From: an uncultured Lentisphaerales bacterium
GTDB lineage: Bacteria > Verrucomicrobiota > Kiritimatiellia > RFP12 > UBA3636
Assembly: GCA_964553035.1 (NCBI GenBank)
Contig: CAZKJH010000005.1
Span: forward strand, 1 to 62,632
Length of the DNA stretch: 62,632 nt
Reading direction: 5' to 3'
The translations under genes were made by a program, and so were the position numbers. The notes under the pieces were generated by a model. It was not told where the DNA came from. It saw only the letters and a program-made list of their open reading frames with translations, and made no database searches. Positions 52,952 to 62,516 of this stretch are shown piece after piece; position 1 is the first letter of the stretch; each line of letters starts with the position of its first letter.

Positions 52952-53680
52952 GTGAGTGTCATAGACGATTTGTTAACATTACAAGACCACGACGAAGTCA
53001 TCAAGGAGCTGGAACGACCCGTCAAAGACATCCCAGTCAGATGCAAACAGGAGCTTAAGAAGATCGAAGCTGAACGCGAAGATCTCGATAAGGCTGAGGA
53101 CGAAGTCAAGCGGCTCAAGTTGGAAAGCATGAATGATGAGCTTGAAATTTCTGAGCTCAAAGAAACTATTCAGAAGTTCAAAATTCAGTCGGCAACACTG
53201 AAGACGAATCTAGAATGTACTGCCATGAATGCGCAGATTACGAAAGCCACGGAAAATCTGAAAGATGCCGAACTCAAGAAATTAAACATTGAGCTCAAAA
53301 CAGAGAAGGCACAAGCCTACGCTGACGAATGCAAAGCGCGATATGATGAAGTCAAACGTGGGTCGGATGAGTACATTAGCGAATTAGAAGGTCGTCTCAT
53401 CGAATTCCAAGCTAGACTCGCCGATGCAATGATGGTAAGGGGCAAAAAGGTAAAGCCTCTTGATATCCCTGCCACCAAACGTTTTCTCATGTATTATGAG
53501 CGTCTTCGAAAAAATCGCTGGCCGGTGCTGATACGCCTTTCTGAGCATGTTTGTAGCGGTTGCCACATGTCACTCCCCCCCTCCAAACAGCAAGAAGCGA
53601 TCAAGAACGCGAAGTTGGCTGAAGATCCAGCAAGGATGACGATCGTGGCTTGCGATTTTTGTGGACGAATTGTATACTAA
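52952..53680 (+). CDS. Coiled-coil protein with C-terminal C4 zinc ribbon (COG1579/DUF164-like)
   Basis: The start is probably the GTG at 52952, with AAGGGA upstream; the ORF-track start is 52907. A long heptad-rich region is followed by CSGCHMSLPP...CDFCGRIVY. Confidence 0.7.
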   Translation: MSVIDDLLTLQDHDEVIKELERPVKDIPVRCKQELKKIEAEREDLDKAEDEVKRLKLESMNDELEISELKETIQKFKIQSATLKTNLECTAMNAQITKATENLKDAELKKLNIELKTEKAQAYADECKARYDEVKRGSDEYISELEGRLIEFQARLADAMMVRGKKVKPLDIPATKRFLMYYERLRKNRWPVLIRLSEHVCSGCHMSLPPSKQQEAIKNAKLAEDPARMTIVACDFCGRIVY

Positions 53681-53692
53681 CATTGTTTTTTT

Positions 53693-54090
53693 GTGTCGGC
53701 TCGGTGAAGGACGGATCGCTGGTCGCTCGGGGAAACCCAAAACGGCTGGAGGAAAGTCCGGACTCCATAGGGCAAGGTGTCCTGGTGTAATGCTGGGAAG
53801 GGCGCGAGCAAACCGCGCTGATGGAAAGTGCCGCAGAAAACAAACCGCCGGATTTATCCGGTAAGGGTGAAATGGCGGAGTAAGAGACCACCGTGCGAAG
53901 CAGTAATGTAACGCAGCAAGGTAAACCCCACCTGGAGCAAGATCAAATAGGGAACGTTTTGTACTGCTCGTATAAACCTGATTCCGAAAGGAAAACGGAG
54001 ACGTTCCGGGTTGATTGCATAGATGAATGATCCGAATCCTTCCGAAAGGATGGAATACAGAATCCGGCTTATGAATTCACCGGTCCGACA
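53693..54090 (+). ncRNA. rnpB: RNase P RNA, bacterial type A
   Basis: The universally conserved blocks are present: GGAGGAAAGTCCGGACTCCATAGGGCA, AGCAAACCGCC, GGTAAGGGTGAAA, GTAAGAG, GGTAAACCCCACCTGGAGCAAGATCAAATAGG and ACAGAATCCGGCTTAT. P1 pairs 53695-53708 (GTCGGCTCGGTGAA) with 54076-54089 (TTCACCGGTCCGAC). The ends are approximate (+/-5 nt). Confidence 0.95.
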
Positions 54091-54100
54091 CTCTCGAAAT

Positions 54101-54976
54101 ATGATGATAACAGCGACCACAGCGGTTGTAATAACCTCCGCCGTGATCGTTCTGTTTTTAGTACTTCGCACCCTACAAACCGATTCTGGAGATCTTGGGG
54201 CTGAAAACAGCCCTTCGCCGCCGATTGTTCTGCAAAAGCCAGTGGTCGCAGGAATCGCCCAGCTCCTTGCCGCTTCTCCCAATACATCCCTTCAGGGAGC
54301 GTTGGCACGCCGTTTTAGGCTCGCAGGGACGATCCTCGGCGTTTCCAACAGCGGCGCTGAGGAACCGATGGCCGTCCTTGATGATCGTATCACCGTGTCC
54401 CAGAGTATCGTCAGGAGAAACGCCGAAGTAATGCCAGGCATTGTCCTGACCCAAGTCAGGTCAGCATCGGTCGTTCTCAGGGGGCCTGTCGGCGATGAAG
54501 AAATTTTTCTCGACAAGACAATGCCGACGATGTCACCCTCTTCGCTCGCCACGAATGCAACGGATACCGGAGATTCGCGCGCTGATCTAGCCAAACGTTT
54601 TGGCGGTCAGGAAGTGTTTCCTGGTCGATGGAATTTTAGTCGCGAAACCCTACTCAATTATTATTCGGAATTGCGTGACCAGCCCGAACGCCTTCTCTCG
54701 ATTTTCGACTCTATGGATCCAGTTTATGTAACAGATCTCGATGGAGAAAATCGCATCACCGGTTATGTGGTCGGGGTTGAAGGCGAAGCGGACTTCTTCA
54801 CGGCAGCTGGGCTTGAAAACGGCGATATTGTTCGTTCTGTGAATTCCGTAGACATGACAAACCGCCGCCGTGCCGAGGCCTTTATCAAGAATTTTGTGGA
54901 AGGCAACGCCAGCACCTTCGTGCTCGATGTCGAGCGAAATGGAAAAAAGGCCAGACAAGTCTACGTCGTGGAATAA
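54101..54976 (+). CDS. Type II secretion system protein C-like (TM anchor, HR-like region, PDZ-like C-terminus)
   Basis: I moved the start to the ATG at 54101, because the ORF-track start at 54023 lies inside rnpB. The TM segment is ITATTAVVITSAVIVLFLVL. The segment RFRLAGTILG...AVLDD...VMPGIVLTQVRSASVVL is GspC HR-like. The C-terminal AAGLENGDIVRSVNSVDM is PDZ-like. Confidence 0.5.
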   Translation: MMITATTAVVITSAVIVLFLVLRTLQTDSGDLGAENSPSPPIVLQKPVVAGIAQLLAASPNTSLQGALARRFRLAGTILGVSNSGAEEPMAVLDDRITVSQSIVRRNAEVMPGIVLTQVRSASVVLRGPVGDEEIFLDKTMPTMSPSSLATNATDTGDSRADLAKRFGGQEVFPGRWNFSRETLLNYYSELRDQPERLLSIFDSMDPVYVTDLDGENRITGYVVGVEGEADFFTAAGLENGDIVRSVNSVDMTNRRRAEAFIKNFVEGNASTFVLDVERNGKKARQVYVVE

Positions 54977-55255
54977 GCCTGAAGTCTCAGTCTCTATCCA
55001 TCAGACGTTTCAATTACTTCAAATGAACGCCAACCCGCATCTATTGGATTGAAACGGCTCCTGATTCTCATTCTCGCCATTCGCTCGTCGTGCCATTCGA
55101 CCTAATGATTTATAAGGCAATTGCCTACGTCAATGCGCACCTCGCCACTCCTTTTGAAAATATGGACCTTGACGAACAGCTTCACTACAATATCTAGCAT
55201 GTAAGTACGAGTAATCCGTACAATCCACACCACACAATTTACCGAGATAACCTTT

Positions 55256-55858
55256 ATGTCACAATTCATGAGCCTTTGGATTAAGTTGTTCTTTGTGCTA
55301 ACTCCTTTCTTTGGACTCACCATGTTTTTGGCACTCACCGAAGAATACGATGAACGACGACGACGGCGGCTTGCCGTTACGGTATCGGCTACTGTCGGGG
55401 TCATTTGCATGATTTTGCTCTTTGTCGGCAAGCAGATTTTCCTGGTTTTCGGCATCACGCTGGATGCCTTCCGCATTGGCGCTGGTGTTCTTCTACTCCT
55501 TTCCGCCATCGGCCTCGTCCAAGGGAAACCGACCATGGCAAACGCAACTTCCTCAGGCGATTTCGTCGTAGTGCCCTTAGCGATCCCCATTATTGTCGGT
55601 CCTGCAACAATGGGTACACTGCTCGTGTTAGGAGCCGAGTTCAACACACTCTCGGCGAAGATGCTCGGGTGCGCCGCTCTACTCCTTGCTGTTCTGTCTC
55701 TTGCCGTCGTGCTCCTTGCCGGATCCTTGATACAACGCATTCTGGGTGTGCGGGGCATTGCAATCCTCAGTAGACTCACTGGGCTTATTCTGTCAGCCCT
55801 GGCTGCTCAGATCATCATGATGGGTATTCAAGGATTCTTCGGCAGTCAACTGCATTAA
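55256..55858 (+). CDS. MarC-family (UPF0056) integral membrane protein
   Basis: 200-aa ORF with six hydrophobic segments. The N-terminus FFVLTPFFGLTMFL and the segment AFRIAGGVLLL-like (FRIGAGVLLLLSAIGL) are typical of the family. Confidence 0.75.
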   Translation: MSQFMSLWIKLFFVLTPFFGLTMFLALTEEYDERRRRRLAVTVSATVGVICMILLFVGKQIFLVFGITLDAFRIGAGVLLLLSAIGLVQGKPTMANATSSGDFVVVPLAIPIIVGPATMGTLLVLGAEFNTLSAKMLGCAALLLAVLSLAVVLLAGSLIQRILGVRGIAILSRLTGLILSALAAQIIMMGIQGFFGSQLH

Positions 55859-55878
55859 AAGTCTTTTGGCCGCAATCC

Positions 55879-56940
55879 CTATTTCACGAAGACAAAGCAG
55901 AGCGGCTTCGGCATCTTGATCGTCTTAGCGACTTGGTTCATTTTTCCTGTTGCAGAATCGAAGGCATAAACGGCAACTTCATCCGAGAGTTTGTGTCCGA
56001 GAACGATGAACTTTCCGTCGGGTGTAAAGGTGAAGTCGCGAGGGAAAGAACCGTTGAGCTTGTTGATACACGTCCGCTCAAGTTTTCCATTTTTCTGATC
56101 GAGCCTGAAAACGGCAATGCTGTCGTATCCGCGATTGGATGCCAGCACCCATTGGCCATCCGGCGAAATTTTGATCGCTGCTGCCTTGCTCACACCGCTA
56201 AAGTCATCTGGAAGCATGGCGTACGTACCGATGGGCTCAAAGACACCGCCACCGAGATGACGGAGCGAAACCACCGTACTATCCAACTCGGTCACAAGAA
56301 ACGCGAAATCAACGGTTGGATGGAAGATGACATGACGTGGGCCAGCACCCGGCGCTGAAGTAAAACCAGCGTCCTGAACCTCTGTCATCGTCCCCTTCCG
56401 CAAGTCAGCTTGGTAGACAAAAATTTTGTCCAGCCCGAGATCGCAGATGCAGATGCGGCTACTGTCTGGCGTTGTCACAGAACAATGGCAGTGCGCCCTC
56501 TCCTGACGGTCAGGATCTGGACCCGATCCTTCGTGCTTAATTTTTGCTAGAGGCCCCTCCAGCAGACCATCGCGCCTAACACTGAAGATCCCTGCGGTCG
56601 CATAGGTGTACTCTGCAAAAACAAGAGACTTTCCGTCGTGTGAAAGCGCAATGTGGCAGGGTACGGTCGGTGCGCAGGCGTATTCTGCCAGCTTAGCAAG
56701 CTTTGCCCCTTCGACGGAATATACGGCGACTCCACCGACATTGATGCCATCTTTCGGCATAACCTTCTCAGCGGTATACAAAAATTTTCCATCTGTTGAA
56801 CGCGCTAAGAAAACCGAATCCACAGCCTCATCAACCTGACTGAGCTGACGAATTTCGCCCGATTCCGAATCAAGATCAAAAACACGCAAACTCGCCTTGG
56901 CTTCACCAGACTTCGATCCTACGTAAAACATTGTTTTCAT
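55879..56940 (-). CDS. Lactonase-family 7-bladed beta-propeller protein (6-phosphogluconolactonase-like)
   Basis: 353-aa ORF. The overall pattern (..LRVFDLDSESGEI.., GAGPRHVIFHP, PRDFTFTPDGKFIV) is typical of COG2706 lactonases. Confidence 0.7.
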   Translation of the reverse strand: MKTMFYVGSKSGEAKASLRVFDLDSESGEIRQLSQVDEAVDSVFLARSTDGKFLYTAEKVMPKDGINVGGVAVYSVEGAKLAKLAEYACAPTVPCHIALSHDGKSLVFAEYTYATAGIFSVRRDGLLEGPLAKIKHEGSGPDPDRQERAHCHCSVTTPDSSRICICDLGLDKIFVYQADLRKGTMTEVQDAGFTSAPGAGPRHVIFHPTVDFAFLVTELDSTVVSLRHLGGGVFEPIGTYAMLPDDFSGVSKAAAIKISPDGQWVLASNRGYDSIAVFRLDQKNGKLERTCINKLNGSFPRDFTFTPDGKFIVLGHKLSDEVAVYAFDSATGKMNQVAKTIKMPKPLCFVFVK

Positions 56941-56966
56941 CGACTAAATCCTTTCAATACTATATG

Positions 56967-57054
56967 AGGTCTTAGGCCCTAGATGTTAGCCAATTCCCTA
57001 CGGCTTCCCATGCGAAGCTCTCTCCGCCGGGCTAAGGCCTAGCGCCTAACACCT
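56967..57054. repeat. Imperfect 24-bp inverted repeat built from the same CTTAGGCC/GGCCTAG words as the R-M junction modules, with a central GCTTC-CCATGC-GAAGC hairpin
   Basis: 56967-56990 AGGTCTTAGGCCCTAGATGTTAGC pairs with 57031-57054 GCTAAGGCCTAGCGCCTAACACCT at 19 of 24 positions. It lies in the map-lactonase intergenic region. Confidence 0.65.
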
Positions 57055-57061
57055 AAAACCT

Positions 57062-57817
57062 TTATCTCGGTGTTAAAATCTCCACTCCACTCGCTGAAAT
57101 TGCAATCATGTGCTCGAAATGGGCGGCTGGTTTGCTGTCTGCTGTCACGACGGTCCAGCCATCCGAAAGCGTTCGAATTCTGCGTGCACCTAGATTCAGC
57201 ATCGGTTCGATGCACAGCACCATACCTTCCTTTAGCACAGGGCCGCGACCCGAAGGACCGAAATTAGGAATCTGTGGTTCCTCATGCATATCGCGTCCGC
57301 ATCCATGTCCGACGAACTCACGCACGATAGAAAGTTTACTCTGCAGAGCCACTTTCTCAACGGCATGGGAAACATCGCCAAGTCTCGCTCCAGATTTAGC
57401 GGCCTCAACGGCGGCCATGAGTGCTCGCTCGGTATTCTTCACCAGCCCAATCACACCGGAATCCGTCACATTGACCATGACGGTCTTGGCGTTATCGCCA
57501 ACAAAACCGTTATGCCAGACACCAACGTCCACGCTCACGATATCGCCGTCCTTGATCTGTCGGGTGCTCGGGATGCCATGAATGACGGTTTCGTTGATAG
57601 AAATGCACGTCTGCGCCGGATAGCCCATGTAGCCCAAGAAAGCACTCTTCACACCCAGTGCCGCCATCGTGTCGCGCGCCAGATCATCAAGTTCCTGGGT
57701 TGTCACGCCGGGCTTAACAGCATCACAGACGACGCGTAAAACGAAAGCAGCCTTTTCGCCAGCTTCTCGCATGATAGCAATCTCGTCTGAAGTCTTAATT
57801 ACAATATCATTTCTCAT
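57062..57817 (-). CDS. map: Type I methionyl aminopeptidase
   Basis: 251-aa ORF with metal ligands in DIVSVDVGV, GHGCGRDMHE, VLCIEPM and AHFEHMI. Confidence 0.93.
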   Translation of the reverse strand: MRNDIVIKTSDEIAIMREAGEKAAFVLRVVCDAVKPGVTTQELDDLARDTMAALGVKSAFLGYMGYPAQTCISINETVIHGIPSTRQIKDGDIVSVDVGVWHNGFVGDNAKTVMVNVTDSGVIGLVKNTERALMAAVEAAKSGARLGDVSHAVEKVALQSKLSIVREFVGHGCGRDMHEEPQIPNFGPSGRGPVLKEGMVLCIEPMLNLGARRIRTLSDGWTVVTADSKPAAHFEHMIAISASGVEILTPR

Positions 57818-57985
57818 AATACATTCTCACACCGCTTTCCTCGCGGCAAACTGGAAACCATAGTACCGCATTCCGTCCGGCAAATAAAGCACATATCAAT
57901 TTATCGTTGCCTTTTGGCGATTCTGCCTCAAACAGCGATACATTTTCCGAGACTCTGCATCGGATATCGGTTATCATTATCTCTT

Positions 57986-58657
57986 ATGGAAATTAGAATC
58001 AAAACACCCTGCGCACTCAAAGCGCCGCGGCACATCGTATGGGACTGGAACGGTACGTTACAAAACGATGTCCAAGCCGCAGTCAATGGGATCAACTTGC
58101 TACTCGAAGAACGCGGACTTCCGACCGTAGACGTTGAGAAGCACCGCAAGCTCTTCACTTTTCCCGTTAGCAACTACTACACAACCCTTGGCTTTAAGCT
58201 CGAGACTGAAGACTGGGCACTCCTTGCACAAACTTTTATCACGGCGTTTCTCTCAGACAAGTCCATTACTCTTTTCCAAGGCACAGTCCCCACTCTGACA
58301 CGGCTTGCTGAACACGGTATCGATATGTCGATTCTATCGGCTGCCGAGCAAACCACGCTCGAGGAAACGCTGGTCAAACACGGAATTCGTCAATTTTTCC
58401 GGTTAGTCAGTGGGTTAGATAATCACGGCGCTGGTTCCAAACTCCAAACGGCGGAGGTACTTTTCAAGACAATCGGTGGTCCCCTCGATGAGGTATGGCT
58501 TATCGGTGATACGACTCACGACAAAGAGGTCGCCGATGCTACCGGTTGTAACTGTGTACTGGTCGCGAGTGGCTACCAATCGCACGAAAGACTTCAGCAA
58601 TGTCACTGCCCTGTCCTCGATTCCGTTGAGGATATCCCCACCTTTTTTGGACTTTAA
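57986..58657 (+). CDS. HAD-superfamily hydrolase (phosphoglycolate-phosphatase-like)
   Basis: I moved the start to the ATG at 57986. Motif I is IVWDWNGTL and motif III/IV is WLIGDTTHD. Confidence 0.75.
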   Translation: MEIRIKTPCALKAPRHIVWDWNGTLQNDVQAAVNGINLLLEERGLPTVDVEKHRKLFTFPVSNYYTTLGFKLETEDWALLAQTFITAFLSDKSITLFQGTVPTLTRLAEHGIDMSILSAAEQTTLEETLVKHGIRQFFRLVSGLDNHGAGSKLQTAEVLFKTIGGPLDEVWLIGDTTHDKEVADATGCNCVLVASGYQSHERLQQCHCPVLDSVEDIPTFFGL

Positions 58658-58749
58658 AAGTAGCGACTTACACGCCCTCGGGTGGCATGTTATCTTTTCA
58701 AATGTTCGTGCGATGCAACGTTCATCAATCCAGAAGGAGTTAAACCACC

Positions 58750-59598
58750 ATGAAAAATCTCCAAGACAGCTTTACTCTCTCAAACGGAATCGACATTCCA
58801 TGCTTAGGATTCGGTACCTGGCAAATTAAAGGCAATGACGCCACAAAGGCCGTGATATCCGCCATCGAGACGGGCTATCGCCACATCGACACCGCCACGG
58901 TTTACGAAAACGAAGCTTTTGTCGGAGACGCTGTACGCAACTGCGGCATTTCACGCGAAGCCCTCTTCATCACGAGTAAGCTCTGGAACAACAACACAAG
59001 CTTCGATCTCACCTTCGATGCCTTTGAGCAATCCATGGATCGTCTCAAGCTGGACTATCTCGATCTCTACCTCATCCACTGGCCTTGCGTTCCAAGCCTT
59101 GACGCCAACTGGGAGCGTATCAATAGTGAAAAATGGCGCGCTTTAGAAACACTCTACACAGATGGGCGAGTCCGCGCCATCGGTGTCAGCAATTATTTGC
59201 CCCACCACCTCACACCTCTAATGGATCGGGCCGACATCATGCCCATGGTCAACCAGCTCGAAATCCACCCAGGCTATCCGCAACTGACCACGCTGGCATT
59301 CTGCAAGCAACACAACATCCTTGCTGAAGCGTGGAGTCCCCTCGCCCGCGGCAATGTCTTCGACGTGCCGGAGTTGAAAACCATTGCGAAAAAGCTCTCC
59401 AGAACCCCTGCCCAAATCTGCCTGCGCTGGTGTCTGCAAAAGGGTGTTCTTCCCCTGACCAAAACCACATCCACCAGCAGAATGTGCGAGAACGCAGCAA
59501 TCTTTGACTTCTCAATTCCAGAAGCCGATATGACCCTCATCGACAGACTGCCTCCCTGCGGAGGCTCTTGCATCAACCCGGACGAACGAAAGTTCTAA
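58750..59598 (+). CDS. Aldo/keto reductase (2,5-diketo-D-gluconate-reductase-like)
   Basis: 282-aa ORF with LGFGTWQ, GYRHIDTATVYENE, LDYLDLYLIHWP and IGVSNY. Confidence 0.88.
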   Translation: MKNLQDSFTLSNGIDIPCLGFGTWQIKGNDATKAVISAIETGYRHIDTATVYENEAFVGDAVRNCGISREALFITSKLWNNNTSFDLTFDAFEQSMDRLKLDYLDLYLIHWPCVPSLDANWERINSEKWRALETLYTDGRVRAIGVSNYLPHHLTPLMDRADIMPMVNQLEIHPGYPQLTTLAFCKQHNILAEAWSPLARGNVFDVPELKTIAKKLSRTPAQICLRWCLQKGVLPLTKTTSTSRMCENAAIFDFSIPEADMTLIDRLPPCGGSCINPDERKF

Positions 59599-59666
59599 GC
59601 CTTTTTAGTTCAACCAAGCAATAAACTCCTTTTATGAGTCCATGCATGGTCTCATGCGATGGAAGT

Positions 59667-61079
59667 TCATGCGAGAAACATCGCTCTGGTCTTCTGGAAC
59701 TCAACGGGAATTTCGGCAGCGGCGATGGCCAAGAGATCGCGCCAGAGTGCTTTCGACTGGGTGGTATCCTGCTTGATCGGGTAGCTGTAGAGTGCTTCAA
59801 AGAGAATCCGCGGATCGCACGTGGCGATGGCATCGCCCAGCAGCGTCTGGTGGGTCGCTAATCCACTGACTAAGCCTTGAAACAGATCCGGCACCTCGAA
59901 CGTGTCGGCAGGACGAATCCCGTTGTGGCCAAGAATCTGAGAGTATTCCAACACCGTGCGGTCTTTGAATCCGCAGACAGCCCCTTCATTCGGACGACTC
60001 GTGGCGATGAGCAACTCTTCCATGCCGCCAACAGCCTTGGCTATTTTGACCATGATATCTTCATCAACTCGCAGCAGATAGAGTGCGTCGGTACGGGCGG
60101 TGTTCCAGCCAGCCTCATCGAGATCCGCAGTCAGCCAGGACTCGAATTGCCGGTCTGCTTCGGCCCGACCAATCCGGAACTGCTGGTCTTTTCGTTCCAG
60201 TTCGTCTTGACTCGGCGGGGGGGGTGAGCTGCGAACATTGGCTAGATAATAACCCTCAATGTCGAGATGCGCAAGACCATCGGCTTCAGAGGAGAAGACT
60301 AGATAACCATACTTGCCGTAGAAGCGGATCAAGGTGGCAAGGCCATTGGTGATACTGGCCTTGGTTACAGCGTTCCACCGGTCCGACAAGGGCTGCATCG
60401 TCCAAGCAGGCGTAATGTTTTCCGTCGCGAGTTTGTAGATGTCCTGCCCTCGCCAGGTCGAGCCGGGCAAGATAAAACTCATATGATTCACACCAGCGCA
60501 ACGGATTGTAAAGTCTGTCCATTGTTCATCCTTTCCAAACAACAGTCGCGTCAGATCCCATTGGTGGTTCGTGTACCCCTGACAGACACCAAGACACCGA
60601 ATGCGGGTATGATTGTTCACCGCCGCGCTGAGCACCGCCACTGGGTTGGCAAAATCGACCAACCAGGCATCTGGGCAAATCCGCTCCATGCGGTGCGCCA
60701 GGTCCATCAAGATCGTACCACCCTTGAGCGCAAGCATAGCCCCACTCGGCGAAAGCTGGTCGGAGCCGATAAAACCATGTTTCGGACAGGTTAACTGAAG
60801 AAGATCAAAGTTTCGACGTCCACCCGCCATCAGCACGACAAAAACGAGATCAGCGCCCTCGAGAGCTTCGTCTAGAGTTGAGCCCCAGGTGATCCTGCAG
60901 TTGGTGCGGCGGAATTCGGGCGTCTTCATCGCCAACCGACCCACCGCCTCGGCTCGCACGACCGCTAAATCGTACAGGTTGATCTCGCCATCCTCCATCA
61001 GCCCCGGCACAGCTAAAATTGAGCGGATAATTCCCAAATAGCGATGAGAACCACCGCCAAACAAGACAATTTTCTTCAT
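59667..61079 (-). CDS. Glycoside hydrolase family 4-like (NAD/Mn-dependent glycosidase)
   Basis: The start is probably the ATG at 61079 (MKKIVLFGGGS, with AAGGAA upstream); the ORF-track start is 61103. The segment CPDAWLVDFANPV and the GVCQG/CAGVNH cysteine-histidine region are consistent with GH4. Confidence 0.65.
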   Translation of the reverse strand: MKKIVLFGGGSHRYLGIIRSILAVPGLMEDGEINLYDLAVVRAEAVGRLAMKTPEFRRTNCRITWGSTLDEALEGADLVFVVLMAGGRRNFDLLQLTCPKHGFIGSDQLSPSGAMLALKGGTILMDLAHRMERICPDAWLVDFANPVAVLSAAVNNHTRIRCLGVCQGYTNHQWDLTRLLFGKDEQWTDFTIRCAGVNHMSFILPGSTWRGQDIYKLATENITPAWTMQPLSDRWNAVTKASITNGLATLIRFYGKYGYLVFSSEADGLAHLDIEGYYLANVRSSPPPPSQDELERKDQQFRIGRAEADRQFESWLTADLDEAGWNTARTDALYLLRVDEDIMVKIAKAVGGMEELLIATSRPNEGAVCGFKDRTVLEYSQILGHNGIRPADTFEVPDLFQGLVSGLATHQTLLGDAIATCDPRILFEALYSYPIKQDTTQSKALWRDLLAIAAAEIPVEFQKTRAMFLA

Positions 61080-61204
61080 GAAGAATTCCTTTTTGAACTT
61101 CATAGTGCCCCTTCATGCACCAGATGTCAAGAATCAATTCTTCTTCCCCTAAGGCCTGATACTCCTTTTATATTTTTAATAATTTATTTTGTGATATCTA
61201 TGAG

Positions 61205-61690
61205 TTATGCATTAACAACCTTCTCAAGAAACCCATCAGGAATACGAGCCGCGTAGACCTGTGCGATCCCGGTCGCTATTGAATTGAAAATCACATGCTT
61301 GTTGTCAGGTGTCATGTATGAGTGGACATGGCTGTACTGGCAAGTGCCTTGACGGGTATGGCTGCAGCATAATGGAAGATAGCGGCCTGTTTCAACGTTC
61401 CCTATGTGGATAACGCCGTCAAAATGGTCGTCTCCTGTAAAAAAACGCCCGTCGTCCGCATTGCGAGTGTAGCTCCAAACACATAGTTGTAGTTGAACAC
61501 TGCGGCGGGCGGAACGGAGTTCTCGGCAGGCATTGGATTTGGCCAGAGCTTCTGGTTCTTCTCGTCGGCTTTGTCCCAGATGCTCCGAACGAGATTGCTC
61601 ACCGTCGTTCCATAGTCGGCGCCGCCCGCCACGGCGACTCCCGCCTCCCAACTTGCAGATACGGAAAGGTCGTTGTCCTCGCCAAGCAAC
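61205..61690 (-). pseudogene. C-terminal ~160-codon remnant of an oligogalacturonide-lyase (PL22)-like beta-propeller gene, containing a frameshift near 61480
   Basis: Two overlapping frames must be joined. The first reads ..RSIWDKADEKNQKLWPNPMPAENSVPPAAVFNYNYV. The second reads WSYTRNADDGRFFTGDD...HVHSYMTPDNKHVIFNSIATGIAQVYAARIP. Together they resemble the end of Ogl-type lyases (..RKLMPMPA.., ..HPHPSFTPDDK.ILFTSD....Y.A.VP), recalled from memory. The shift lies at a T-run. Confidence 0.45.
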
Positions 61691-62369
61691 TGCGAGAGAC
61701 TCTGTTATTCTTCTCAAGGCTTACTTCGCCTGAGAAGGAGTACTTCGCTCCAATCTTTCCGCTCACGATTGCGCTTTCCCCTTTGGGACACTCTATGCGT
61801 AGATCGGCGATTGTTGGTTTTAATCCCAAGGAGAAGGGGGTGCCCTTCTTCCGCATATCTCTTCCGATCTCCTCTAACAATCTAATCAAGTCGAGTGAAC
61901 TGGCAGCTGCAATATGGCGACCGCCAGCAACAGACACTTGTATGCGAACAAAATCGTATTGTTGAGTCTCATTGTCTCGTAGCAACGGATAGACCGTAAG
62001 CTTACGCCCACCAGGCAGAAGTTCGTCACTATGGGCAACCAGCCAGAGCATTCGTCCGCTTCGGCTCAGCGCAAAATCGTAGGCTTCTGGAACAAGATCG
62101 CGGACTACCACGCGTGCGACGATGTTCGTGACATCCTCGGTAGATCCCGATTGCGTTTTGTCACTCGCGTGCATGATCTCAATAGCTGAACAATCATCCG
62201 TGATGGTTGCACGTAGCCGAAGTGTTTCGCCTTCAACGCTGAACATCTTCTCGACAGGTTCTCGGCTATTGCCTCGCCCATCGCGCTCGGTCACTGAAGT
62301 CGAGCCTATTCCAAAGAAGATCAGAACAACCGTCGAAGCCACAATAGAAATCTTTCTCATGTTTATCAC
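61599..62369 (-). CDS. Hypothetical exported protein; 3' end probably runs out of frame into the PL22-like remnant
   Basis: The signal-like N-terminus is MRKISIVASTVVLIFFGIGS. I recognise no family. The last ~30 aa are Arg-rich and look non-coding, while the adjacent frame (61402..61689) looks coding. Confidence 0.4.
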   Translation of the reverse strand: MINMRKISIVASTVVLIFFGIGSTSVTERDGRGNSREPVEKMFSVEGETLRLRATITDDCSAIEIMHASDKTQSGSTEDVTNIVARVVVRDLVPEAYDFALSRSGRMLWLVAHSDELLPGGRKLTVYPLLRDNETQQYDFVRIQVSVAGGRHIAAASSLDLIRLLEEIGRDMRKKGTPFSLGLKPTIADLRIECPKGESAIVSGKIGAKYSFSGEVSLEKNNRVSRSCLARTTTFPYLQVGRRESPWRAAPTMERR

Positions 62370-62516
62370 CTCAATTTCTTAATTTATCAGCGTCACTGGA
62401 AATACCCGTCCTTTTGCAAGGATTCGATTTCGTCTGCAACGCTAAGTTTTTTAAAGGGCAGTAATCGCGAATTGTAAGATGTAGTGCACGGAACCCAGTC
62501 CCAGCGCAGCACACAC

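Noticed and set aside
59630-59662. Near-palindrome ATGAGTCCATGCATGGTCTCAT between the convergent AKR and GH4 genes as a bidirectional terminator
   Set aside because: The stem is short (5+3 bp with a T-T mismatch) and there is no flanking T-run. The evidence is too weak for a terminator call.
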